From Bugula neritina (taxonomy: Eukaryota; Animalia; Bryozoa): a DNA stretch of 64,000 nucleotides. Under the pieces are notes generated by a model, which saw nothing but the letters and a program-made list of their open reading frames with translations, did no database searches and was not told where the DNA came from. How positions within the stretch are numbered: position 1 is the first letter of the stretch; the number at the start of each line of letters is the position of its first letter. A program made the position numbers and the translations under genes. The DNA lies in the NCBI GenBank assembly GCA_964035545.1, contig OZ037767.1, positions 17,543,781 to 17,607,780 of the forward strand. The letters run 5' to 3'. Of this stretch, positions 47,760 to 60,364 are shown in pieces.

Positions 47760-50656
47760 TCACTCCCTGGATAGAATCTTACAGTTGACTCCACTGATGG
47801 GAAAGAGAGTGGCTCGCTGTCCCAAGTGAAACGTTTCGGATGAGTCCAGTTGGAGAGTAAAATGTTGGAAGAACTTGGCAAGCATGACCTTCATCTCCAT
47901 CTACAAGTACAGAAGCGTGACGTACTGACGGCAGACAGTCACACGACGTCACGTCACAGTCTTAGACTCACCTGAGCAAACACCTGGCCAATGCAGTTCC
48001 TTAGTCCCAGCGAGAAGGAGAGAAATGAGTAAACGGAAATCCTGCAAACAGATAGAAGGTGAATCATTTGTAGCTCAGAACTTACTAAAAAGGCGGGGGA
48101 GGGGGAGAGGTAGAAAGGTATTGCATCCAATCAGAGCTCACAGCATGCAAGCTCTCAGTGTATGGGAGACGTCTGCAGGACCACGTATGACTCACCTCTT
48201 CGTCTGCTGAGGGTGGAACCTATCTGGGTCAAACTTATCTGGGTCATCAATGTATTTCCTGTCATTATTGGCTCCCATTATACTGAGCTGTAAGGAATAT
48301 ATACTACTAGTAGTATAGTGATAGTTACTATTATAGTAATATATAATATTATACTGATATATAATAATATACTGATATACACTATTGTACTGAAACTGAT
48401 ATAAATTTACCATCAGTGGAGTACCAGCTGGAAGCCGAATGCCATCTATAGTCGTTGCTTTACGCACGACTCGCATGACTGAAGGAGCTATGGCGTAGCG
48501 TCTCAGTGTCTCTTTGATCAGCATGGATGTGAAACTTAGTCTAGTTATGTCTTCATTAGATATGAAAGACTTCTGACCAACTACTTCGTCTACTTCTGTT
48601 ACTAACCTAGTCATATTATATTACTAACATACAGTCATATTATATTACTAACCTACAGTCATATTATATTACTAACCTACAGTCATATTATATTACTAAC
48701 CTACAGTCATATTATATTACTAACCTACAGTCATATTATATTACTAATTACTGATTACTATTACTGAATAATAGCATGCGATTTGAAAAAAATGCCAACC
48801 TTTGAAGAAGGTCAGGTCGTCGGCCGAGTTCCATGAAAATAAAAGCAAGAGTGTTTGAGGAGGTCTCCATGCCTGCCACAATCATTCCGACAAACTCATC
48901 AACTAACGTTTCAAAGTCGTATCCAGTGGAGGGATCCACTAAAGAATAATATTATAAAACCACAGATTCAACAAATGGAAGGGTTACTCAAGTAATACTC
49001 AAGCATTACTCAGGTAGTATTCAAGCAGTACTCAAGTAGTATTCAGGTAATAATCAAGTAATACTCAAGTAGTAGAAGAACCTACAATGTCCTTTTATTA
49101 TGGCAGTAAGAAGATCATCCGGCACAGCTTCTCCGCTGCATATGGCAGCTTTCCGTTCAGCAACTTTTTCAGCACCAATTTGACGAAAAGATTTCACAAG
49201 TTTACGAGTTGACTGTCTGTGAGAATACAATAGTGGGTTGACCTAAGAATAAACAACGAGACCAGTGAGTCACTCAACACATCTACTCTGAGTCACTCAA
49301 CACATCTACTCTGAGTCACTCAACACGCCTACTCTGAGTCACTCAACACGCCTACTCTGAGTCACTCAACACGTCTACTCTGAGTCACTCAACACATCTA
49401 CTCTGAGTCACTCAACACGTCTACTCTGAGTCACTCAATCCTTACCTGAGCAAGAGGCATGCCACTCATCTGCAGAGCCGCAAAACTTTCCTTTATAAAA
49501 TCGGCTGCCGATTGGTGAAAGTCTGCCCCAACGTCTGCAAGCTCAGCAGAAAACAGAGTCTGGAATGTAAATACAGTCAGGAGACAGTCTAGAACCTTCT
49601 AGAGCATTGGAAAGTAGAGTTAATGACAATGTATGTGTGTATGTATGTATAGAGCGCTTCACCTTCATAATAACATCGAGAGTAGATTTCTCAATGAAGT
49701 GAGAGAGTCCACACGAATCACCTGACTCAGCGTACATCTGCAACTCCTTCAGGAAGTTGTCACCTGCCGAGTTGAAAGTAGCGACTGCCGACTTCAGGTG
49801 GTTCCTGTGGAACATCGGGTCCATGACACGACGTCGCAGGTACCAGGCATCGTGGTCACATGCTGACACGAGTCCTTCACCTATAAACCTGTAGGAGTCT
49901 ACTTTGTTATCTCTGTGAACAGAGAGCTACATGCATATGCGGTACCGGTGATTGTTACCTTTGTAAACAAAGAGCTACATGCATACGCAGCAACCTGTGA
50001 TTATTACCTCTGCCCGTAAAGATGTTTCAGACTAAATTCTTCACCTTTAGGGAAATCCCGAGGGTCACCGTCAACAAGGACCCTCTTCAGTATATTGCGA
50101 TGTCTCGTAACCACAATAACTTTATGAAGCACATAGATTGTATACGTATCACCATAAACTTCAAACCTGTGAGACAATCAGAATGATTACCTACCAGCTA
50201 GAAAGACCACTTGATATATTGTTTATTATATTGGTAATGAAATATTGCTTATTCACTCATTCCCGTATCAGAAGCAAAACAAACCACTGGGTGAAGGCTT
50301 CATGAGCAATTGGTTTGATGTTTGTCAGATCTTCGGGAAGCTTTATACTATCCTCAGCAGACCTCAATGACTTGGTAAGATCTGCTGCATTCCCCAGAAA
50401 GAAGCTATAACACCAACCATTGAGCTATAGCAGCAATGTTCTATTGAATCTAATGCTCAGCATGAACTAGTAGCAGTAGCATTACAGAATGTAACCAAAC
50501 TAGTTCACGTGTCACTCACCTGCTTCTCTTAGGTCCAGGTAGATGGTCATACTTAGCATGAACTAGTAGCAGTAGAATTACAAAGTAGCCAAATGTGACA
50601 GCTAGTAGAGTGACCAACAGAGCACCAGCGAGTGATACAGCTGTCACCAAATCCAT
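47760..50656 (-). CDS. CYP46A1-like: Cytochrome P450, CYP46A1-like, paralog 3
   Basis: ATG at 50656. AGMETSSNTLAF, KETLRRY, FDPDRF, FSLGLRNCIGQVFAQ|MEMKV. Stop at 47760-47762. Confidence 0.88.
48598..48747 (-). repeat. 24-bp GT...AG array (6 units), same unit as 18696-18965
   Basis: The reverse complement gives GTTAGTAATATAATATGACTGTAG. Confidence 0.93.
49266..49438. repeat. 23-bp minisatellite with palindromic TGAGTCACTCA, ~8 copies
   Basis: Unit TGAGTCACTCAACACATCTACTC. Confidence 0.92.
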
Positions 50657-52353
50657 CTTCACTTATGCTATTTCACCAAAATCAATATTAATATATAATT
50701 TAGTTTCATTCTCACCATGACCATTATTTTCTCAGGTAGCATTTATATGATTGAAATTTTGGAATAAAATAGCCGTTAACACTTTATTATCATTATGATT
50801 ATGATAGTAAAAAATGAAAACTTGATATATACATTTTTGTCATTCCTCACGATGCGACTCTGTTATTCAAAAAATAAGTTAGTTGTTGAATATCAGAGCT
50901 TTTCATTATAAATTAACATTAATTTGATAGGGAGCATTTTGCACTTTCCATCAAACGTAAAACAGACTAAAATTCAATCGACAGCTGATTTAAAAGTAAA
51001 AGTAAATAAAACTCGACTGAACTTACGGTTTTGGGATAGGCGTTTAACTTTATAGTGCTGTTAACCGACTTCCATCGAACTAGTTTCACCTTGCACGCAA
51101 TGCAAGATATTTGTGTGCGCTGTTTACGTTTCAGATTAAATATTTTCACTTTGCAGTTAATCCCAGCGTTGTCGTAACTACGTAAATCCCTTTGTGATAA
51201 CAGATTGTAGGGGAATTTGTAGCCCTTTATAATTATTTGATGAATTAAAACCGTAAAACAACAGTAAAAATTCACAAGAACTCATAATTACAATGAAAAA
51301 TCTCCAGGTTGCAGCTTGTTACGTATACAGTATGTTATAACAGAATTTTAACTTGGTTATCATTGTCTTCTCTTACTTTTACATGTATAGAGAGAGCACA
51401 ACTCTATTTAATACACCTAACTGCATCAATAGTGTAGGTGCGGCCTGTAGGAATGCATGCAATCAGTACAAGAGATTATGTGTGCGAGATAAGAAGAATA
51501 TGGAATAGTGAGAGAAGGAGAACAGAGACAAATAAAGTGAATTTCTGAGTATATTACATAACTTGTGTGTATAAGAATAGAGAAAGAAATAGAACGTGTT
51601 AGTGTGAGTGCTAGCCCAGGATCATAGACTGCAAAGCACCACCAGCCGAAGACCCTAACCCGGAGTCCTAACTCCCCCCCACAAATTGACAGGAGTAGCT
51701 GGAGTTAGCTGGCAACTAAATCAAGTAACTTATATCACCCACAACCCCTCAGCTTTTACTTGAAGGCTACTACATAATATTATTCAGTGAGCTCACACAT
51801 AACTCTAAAACAGCAGATTCTGATCAAGCTATTTTTAAGCTGTTCTACAATCATTATACTTGGCTATTTGATACAATCAATCATTAAGCAACTGATGTAT
51901 TCCTAAAAACTACAGCTGAATTAACCGTGTATATTAACAGAACTCTAAAAACAATCTACATACTGTATATCAACTCTTTAGCACATCTTGCCTAATCAAT
52001 AACCAAAATTGAAACAAAGCTGCATCTTTCTAATCGCAAGCTTTTAGTTTAGTTTAATAGCCACAAACTGCAACTGGGTGACTGACACAGCTATGAATAG
52101 ATAATTTGCCAGGTGACTAAATTCTTACTTAGTTGATACAAGATCTGACAACTCCTCTGTGTAGAGTCAGCTGTTTCCAGTTTGATAGAGCAGATGTGGA
52201 GTGAACAGACAATACCAATGTTACAAATATATATTCTGTTGTATTTTATACACAATAGACTATTCAGATTATATAATCTCTCAAATTAGGAGTTATTCTC
52301 TCCTTGCAGAAGAATATACAGAAATTAATAAATTAGTATTTGATGAGTTGAAG

Positions 52354-55300
52354 TCAGTCTTCAGCCAAGTCTGCCCACACTTCGCTATCTCTGGAGACAG
52401 AGAGCTCCACCAGAGGTTCAGATCTAGACGTCTGTGACTGGAGACGGGAGAGGGTAGAGCGCCGGCTCAGACGGAACACCCGGTGTTCAGATATAGCAGA
52501 TCCAGCAAACTGAGATGATGGAGAGGTGGGCGGAGCTAAATCCACGAGAGGTGTGCTTGTATGAGACCCTGTATATCGTGATATATCGTGATATTATGAT
52601 ATATCAGTATACATATTATATATAGTATGTATCGTGATATATCAGTATATTATATATAGTATGTATCGTGATATATCAGTATAATATATATAGTATGTAT
52701 CAAGATATATCAGTATATTATATATAGTATGTATCGTGATATATCAGTATATTATATATAGTATGTATCGTGATATATCAGTATATTATATATAGTGTGT
52801 ATCGTGATATATCAGTATATTATATGTAGAATATAGCCTAAGTACCTGAGGGAGAGGCATGCTCAGAGGTGGGGGAGGTGCCAGCAGCCCCCGAAGGATC
52901 AGACGGAGAATTAACGGAACTTCTGGTTACTCTTTGTTCATCTCTTTGACGTTCACTCGGACATTCAAAGTGAACCAAATGGAACACCTGAATATACAGA
53001 CAGAGTAATAGATTGAGTACCATAAAGAGTAATAGACTGAGTACCATAGAGAGTAATAGACTCAGTACCACGCAGAGTAATAGACTCAGTACCACACAGA
53101 GTAATAGACTGAGTACCATACAGAGTAATAGACTAAGTACCATACAGAGTAATAGACTGAGTACCTCGTTAGCAGAGTTGTTTGTGCCGACAATCTTGAT
53201 GAAGGTCACTGGTCTGGGAGGGAAGCGGATGTTCTGCCAGCTCCTGGAGAGAGAAACAGCATAAAATGTGTCAGAGAGAGGTGTCAGCAGAGAGAGAGGT
53301 GTCAGCAGAGAGAGAGAGAGAGGTGTCAGCAGAGAGAGAGGTGTCAACAGAGAGAGAGGTGTCAGCAGAGAGAGAGGTGTCAGCAGAGAGAGGTGTCACC
53401 AGAGAGAGAGGTGTCAGCAGAGGGAGAGGTGTCAGCAGAGAGAGAGGTGTCAGCAGAGAGAGAGGTGTCAGCAGAGAGAGAGGTGTCAGCAGAGAGAGAG
53501 AGGTGTCAGCAGAGAGAGAAGTGTCAGCAGAGAGAGAGAGGTGTCAGCAGAGAGAGAGGTGTCAGCAGAGAGAGAGAGGTGTCAGCAGAGAGAGAGAGGT
53601 GTCAGCAGAGAGAGAGAGGTGTCAGCAGAGAGAGAGGTGTCAGCAGAGAGAGAGAGAGGTGTCAGCAGAGAGAGAGGTGTCAGCAGAGAGAGAGAGAGGT
53701 GTCAGCAGAGAGAGAGAGAGGTGTCAGCAGAGAGAGGAAGTTACCTGCACGCCTTCTTCCTGTTGTCTTGGACCATAACCCAGTTGGTGTTGTCCACAGA
53801 GACCTCTACGCTGTAACTGTAGGTTCTGTCGTCACAGTCCCATAGCAACAGAGTCATACAGTCTAGCATGTACGGCTGTCCTAGCTGCACTATTATAGCA
53901 CCACTTCCTGTAGGACATACCATGACACAGTAGAGTTGGTACTACCACAGTACACTAGTACTAAGATATAGTAGAGTTGGTATTACCACAGTACATACCC
54001 AACTGGTGACACGTATATCCACTATCCCAGTCATAGTTTTTCAGATCTCCATTAATCAGAGAGTTTCTCGTGCGCGCCACGCCCTCCACCACCACAGCAG
54101 AATGGTCTACAGTCGCCACATTCTCAGTCGGAGCTAAAACAGAGCTCTGAGTTAGCAGAGTGAGTTTTAGATGTGTATGACTCACCTATGAAACCACCTT
54201 ACAGTGTATGACTCATCTATGAGATCACCTTGCAGTATATGACTCACCTATGAGACCACCTTACAGTGTATGACTCATCTATGAGACCACCTTACAGTGT
54301 ATGACTCACCTATGAGACCACCTTACAGTGTATGACTCACCTATGAGACCACCTTACAGTGTATGACTCATCTATGAGACCACCTTACAGTATATGACTC
54401 ACCTATGAGACCACCTTACAGTGTATGACTCACCTATGAGACCACCTTACAGTGTATGACTCACCTATGAGACCACCTTACAGTATATGACTCACCTATG
54501 AGACCACCTTGCAGTGTATGACTCACCTATGAGACCACCTTACAGTGTATGACTCACCTATGAGACCATCTTGCAGTATATGACTCACCTATGAGACCAC
54601 CTTGCAGTATATGACTCACCTATGAGACCACCTTGCAGTTTGAACGTAGAGAGGGTGTAAAGTGCCTCCAGTGCCACCAGATGAAACACTCTGTTGACAG
54701 TGTTGTGAGTTCCTACGATCTTTATGAACCTGCAAGAGACGTGCATTGATAATACAAGTAAGTTCATATTGAAGTGTACGTGTAGTGTATATATACTTAC
54801 TATGTACGTGTAGTGTAGATATACTTACTATGTACGTGTAGTGTATATACTTACTATGTACATGTAGTGTATATACTTACTATGTACATGTAGTGTAGAT
54901 ATACTTACTATGTACGTGTAGTGTATATACTTACTATGTACGTGTAGTGTAGATATACTCACTTGACAACCCTCTGGTCGAAGTGAAGCACCTGCCAGGA
55001 CCGACACAGATACTTGCTGTGGTCCACCACCCTCACCCAGTCCTTGCCGTTCATAGACACCTCCACATAGTAGGCGTACGACCGCGCGTCTTTATCCCAC
55101 AGGAGCAGCTTTATCGTGTTGAGAATAGCCGGCTGACCCAGTCGCACCACGATGCCTTCCGAGTCCTCGTCGTCGATGCCGTGTCTGGTGAACCCTCTGT
55201 CAAGGTCATAGTTCGCGACATCGCCATCTAGCAGCGTAGCCTTCATTTCTCCCTTTATCACAGCGGCATCATGTCTTAGACTGGCCACGTTCTCTTCCGG

Positions 55301-58147
55301 TAACATAACTCCTACATACAGTATATTACTAGTTACATCAAAGGTAACATAACTCTGATATACAGTATATTACTAGTTATATCAAAGGTAACATAACTCA
55401 TATACAGTATATTACTAGTTATAGTATAAGCCACTGACCTCTATAATTAAGATCTGTATCCTTGCTGTGTATTTGCTGATCGATTGCATTGAGCAGGTCA
55501 TTGGGATTCACCAACTCAGACGGTCGAACTTTGCTCAGCAGTTCATTCAAACTCATCTAATAATAGATAATACAATTAGAGGTAGATTGTTCTAATAATA
55601 GATTATAGAATAGATTTAGATTGTTCTACAGTTACAATAGAATATAGAATAGATGTAGACCACACAAAGCGGCCATGTTGGATTGACTGACCAGAGGAAA
55701 TCTGATTTGCTGAATGATTTCCGAGATATTCTCGGCGGAGTTTCGTGACGACCACTTCACAGCCGCCTCAAAGATCTCTATCTCATTGGCGCAGAAGGAG
55801 CTTCTCTGGATGACTTCAACCAGGGAGTTCTGAAACATGACGTAGAGCTCATAGTACTAGCTATGACATATTATATAGAGCTCATAGTAATTATGATATA
55901 TTATATAGAGCTCATAGTAGTTATGACATATTATATAGAGCTCATAGTAGCTATGACATATTATATAGAGCTCATAGTAGCTATATTATATAGAGCTCAT
56001 AGTAGCTATGACATGTTATATAGAGCTCATAGTAATTATGACATATTATATAGAGCTCATAGTAGCTATGACATATTATATAGAGCTCATAGTAGCTATG
56101 ACATATTATATAGAGCTCATAGTAGCTATATTATATAGAGCTCATAGTAGCTATGACATGTTATATAGAGCTCATAGTAGACATATTATATAGAGCTCAT
56201 AGTAGCTATGACATATTATATAGAGCTCATAGTAGCTATGACATGTTATATAGAGCTCATAGTAGCTATGACATATTATATAGAGCTCATAGTAGACATA
56301 TTATATAGAGCTCATAGTAGCTATGACATATTATATAGAGCTCATAGTAGCTATGACATATTATATAGAGCTCATAGTAGCTATGACATATTATATAGAG
56401 CTCATAGTAGTTATGACATATTATATAGAGCTCATAGTAGCTATGACATGTTATATAGAGCTCATAGTAGCTATGACATATTATATAGAGCTCATAGTAG
56501 CTATGACATATTATATAGAGCTCATAGTAGACATATTATATAGAGCTCATAGTAGTTATGACATATTATATAGAGCTCATAGTAGTTATATTATATAGAG
56601 CTCATAGTAGCTATGACATATTATATAGAGCTCATAGTAGTTATATTATATAGAGCTCATAGTAGCTATGACATATTATATAGAGCTCATAGTAGCTATG
56701 ACATATTATATAGAGATCATAGTAGCTATGACATGTTATATAGAACTGATTGCCTGTATGCTCAGAGCTCATTGTACCGACACACTCACCTGTCTATCTA
56801 GAATAGCCGCTAACACAAACCCAACCAGTAATAACTTTACAGAATAACAACAACATGTATAGCGTGGAATTCAAGATCGACCAATAACAAGGCAGGTACC
56901 TTGGACATGCTGAGGAAGCCATCTGATTGGAGGACTTGACTGGCGTGTCTGTCCATGTAGTTGAGACAGTGCTGAGAGAGTTTCTCCAGGATGTAAATAC
57001 TCGCCATGTCGTATATTACGCAGACATTCTTCAGAGACAGCGAGACTTTGAGGTACTCTGAGATGGCCGACTCTAACAGCTGGAAGCCATATTTGTTGGA
57101 CATGCCCAGCAGGTCGAGCATTAGTTCCTCCTGTAACAGAGAGTAAAGGTGGTACACAGTGTAGAGGTGGTACACAGGTGGTACACAGGTGGTACACAGG
57201 CGGTACACAGGTGATACACAGGTGGTACACAGGTGATACACAGGTGATACACAGGCGGTACACAGGTGGTACACAGGTGGTACACAGGTGGTACACAGGT
57301 GGTACACAGGCAGTACAAGTTTACCTTCAACTGAGAGAGTCTCACTTTCCCCGTGTAGATATAAGAGAGGAGGACGGAGAAAGCCTGAGGTCTTTCATCT
57401 TGTAACTCAATGGTGTTCACTCCGGGCTGGCTCTCACTCATCCCCCCAAACAGAAGCGCTCTACAGTAGATAAAGGGCTATTGTTAACCTTAACTAGTTG
57501 CAGCACAAAGAGTCGTTTCCATGGAGACAGACTCAACTGTTAGAGAGACAGCAACTCCAACTCTTTGGTCTCAGAGGGAGAAGTTTCTCACCTGAAGTAG
57601 TCACATCGGGAGGCCAATATGACTTTATGTGCCGGAAACTTCTGTCCTCCAACCACCAAGACTATGTCTGAGCAATCCTCGTTGAGGAAAAGGTTTCCTG
57701 CATAATATAATATATGATATAATATAATATATTATATGATATAATATAATATATGATATAATATATAATAATATAGTATATAATATAATATATAATATAA
57801 TATATAATAATATAATATATAGTACATATTAGAATACAATACAACATAATATAATATATGATATAATATAATATATGATATAATATATAATAATATATTA
57901 TATATTATAATATATAATATAATATATAATAATATAATATATGATATAATATATGGGATAATCTAATATAATACAATATGATATAATACAATATAACATA
58001 ATACAATATAACATAATACGTCATATAATACATAACAATTACAGTAGAACACCAAATGCAAGCCCTACCGATATCTTCAGACAGGAAGTTGACATGCTCG
58101 ATCTCTCCGGGTGAGTAAGATGAAGAGAGATGTCTGTGGTCGCACAT
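52354..58147 (-). CDS. BTBD9: BTB/POZ domain-containing protein 9 (BTB-BACK plus two discoidin-like domains)
   Basis: N-terminus GEIEHVNFLSEDIG, BTB FPAHKVILASRCDYFR and ALLFGGMSES. PEENVA...LLLWDKDARSYAYYVEVS, FIKIVGTHNTVNRVFHLV, YDWDSGYTCHQLG, VGTNNSANE|VFHLVHFECP. Stop at 52354-52356. Confidence 0.93.
52572..52825. repeat. 34-bp AT-rich minisatellite
   Basis: Unit TATCGTGATATATCAGTATATTATATATAGTATG. Confidence 0.88.
52998..53165 (-). repeat. 24-bp donor array, 7 copies
   Basis: Sense unit GTACTCAGTCTATTACTCTGTATG, starting at the real donor (53164). Confidence 0.92.
53268..53736. repeat. GGTGTCAGC(AG)n compound repeat, ~25 copies
   Basis: The sense strand reads (CT)n-GCTGACAC, a branch-like CTGAC plus pyrimidine tract. 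Confidence 0.92.
54176..54639 (-). repeat. 31-bp exon-end plus donor array, 15 copies
   Basis: Sense unit ACTG(C/T)AAGGTGGTCTCATAG|GTGAGTCATA(C/T). Confidence 0.96.
54775..54962 (-). repeat. 26-30-bp donor array, 7 copies
   Basis: Real donor A|GTGAGTATAT is followed by repeats with A|GTAAGTATAT. Confidence 0.88.
55843..56745. repeat. 30-bp minisatellite (with 24-bp variants), ~31 copies
   Basis: Unit TATAGAGCTCATAGTAGCTATGACATATTA. Confidence 0.95.
57148..57316. repeat. 11-bp repeat
   Basis: Unit ACAGGTGGTAC. Confidence 0.9.
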
Positions 58148-58844
58148 GTTGTTATAGAGTAACCATAGCAACCACAGCAACAGAATTTTCACTTATCACT
58201 AAACTAAAATAGCAGAAGATATAATAAGCTAACAAACTCAAACCTTACAAGTAAATAGAAGGGATGTATAAAAACAGAAGATGCAAAGAAAATTATTAAA
58301 ATTCACTTTCAACAACTTATTCGCTAAACCTAGCTGTAGAACAAGGTTTTCCTTTCCATTTGCATTGGTTTATACTTTTAGTTTGATTCTAAGAAGATCT
58401 TTTATAAGTAAGTCTAGCCTCATCAATTTCAAAGTCAGCTCATCGGCAATGGCTGAGTGTCAGAATGAAATTAGCTGACTGTGAACAACCACACAGCCAA
58501 TTTACAAACGCAAAGCAAAACAACAACTACACTACTACTAGTACTACTACTAGACCTACTCCTAGTAGCAGCAGACGTAGTCATCACTCATCACTTATCA
58601 GTCAAACTCAATCACAATGTCATACTCATAGTAAAACTCAATGCCATAGTGATAGTCTAATAGCGATAGTATTAGTCACTTATTTAGCCATAGTTATAGT
58701 GGTAAACTGAAACTTAAAGCAGCACTAGTAATAGTAATAGTAATACTCATGAGTCATTACTAATACTAAGAGTAAAACTAAAAGTTATAGTAATAGTGCT
58801 AGTAATAGTACAGTAGTAGTACAAGTTGTAGTTTACAAGTACAA

Positions 58845-58922
58845 CTAGTACTACAACGTACAAGTAACTACTAGTACTACTACTACTAGTACTAGTACTA
58901 CTATTAGTAGTAGTACTACTAG

Positions 58923-59000
<78 letters not shown>

Positions 59001-59052
59001 GTCTACGACTACTGTACTACTACTAGTACTAGACACTAGTACAACTACTAGT
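58845..59052. repeat. (ACT)n microsatellite
   Basis: Trinucleotide run upstream of BTBD9. Confidence 0.92.
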
Positions 59053-60364
59053 CGCAGTAACAGTGACTATCACTATCAGTATCACTATGTCTATGTTATT
59101 AGGATGTGGCAATATTTTCTCTAAGTTTAATTATTATAATAATTACTAGCAGAGCCGCTGTAAGGTGGTTACTATAAAGTGGTTCTTACAATTCGAATTT
59201 ACTGAATATTGCCTTTGGTGATGGTAATACTATTTGTGACAATTTATAAAGCATAAAAGCTGGCTCACTAAACCTAGTTCACACTGATACCTCCACAAAC
59301 GATATTTTTAGTTAATTTATTTACTCTGGTACGAAGGCTAAATGTTTGTTGAATATAACCGCACAGCTGCTAAAAGATAATAAACCACTACAGTAACACC
59401 AACTACTAATGATGGTAAAATAAGTATTGAAACTATTATACAAAAGCCTCCTACTCCATAGTGACATAAGATACTAATATTATGTTTGCTTCTTTCACCC
59501 TCCATTGCGGTCGCGTCGAAGTTATAACTGGGGACACAACTCTTGTAAAGTGCACTTATTAGCTGCCCTCTATGCTGTTAATGTGATATATTATTTCTAA
59601 TTATTGATTATAGCTCACAGTCTATTATCTAACAAATATATTTTCTAAACAAAACTTTGAATATTATATGCTTCTAACTGATTCAGTCAGCCATAGACAT
59701 ATAAGGTTATTCACCCTCCTTTATATAACACATACTCTTTTGCAATATTATTATATATCTAATATTCTTTATTTCCACTGCTGTTGTTGTAGCAGTCTGC
59801 ATACCAAAGCACTACTGTATAGCTTTTTTATAGAAATAAATTGGTGTTTGAGATTGAGTTAGCTGAAGCTTCTCGTGAGAGTTATAAAGTCTGTATTTAT
59901 CCTCAGCACATAAAAACAATTCATATTATAACTAGCAAAAAGAATAATTAAAAAACTAAAATGACAAATAGAATTGATCATGCAATGCATGAGACTTGAG
60001 CAAATAAATATGGCACGGAACTTGGGCTATATTTCACAAGAACTGCTGCTACATGAAAATACTGTTGATTCCAGTTGATTTGGAAAATAGACAACGAGAA
60101 GAGTGAGTCACGGATATTCAAAGTGAAATGAGGGATCAGCAGGGGTCAGTCAGCAGTTCAAAAGTGGATAAGAGATTAGACATGTTACTGCGTGGGCGGC
60201 TGTCACATAATTTCAGTAGACTGTGTAATATTTGCCAGCTAATAAATAAATACAAAGTCATGCAAATAGTTCTCTCAATAAACTATTACTGGTACTACAG
60301 TCTCCCAGCCCGTCTCTAGTCCAGACTGAAGCAGGAACTGTGACTATCTAGAAGCAAGTGGGGA

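Noticed and set aside
50880-51320. CpG-richer segment with a 102-aa ORF upstream of CYP paralog 3, a possible transposon remnant (similar impression at 22660-22945)
   Set aside because: No terminal repeats, second copy or recognisable protein motif is visible in the window.
56784-56815. Possible BTBD9 micro-exon (TTAG|CGGCTATTCTAGATAGACAG|GTGAGT on the minus strand)
   Set aside because: It is 20 nt, frameshifting and contains an in-frame TAG, and the flanking exons join in frame without it. A poison exon cannot be supported without RNA data.
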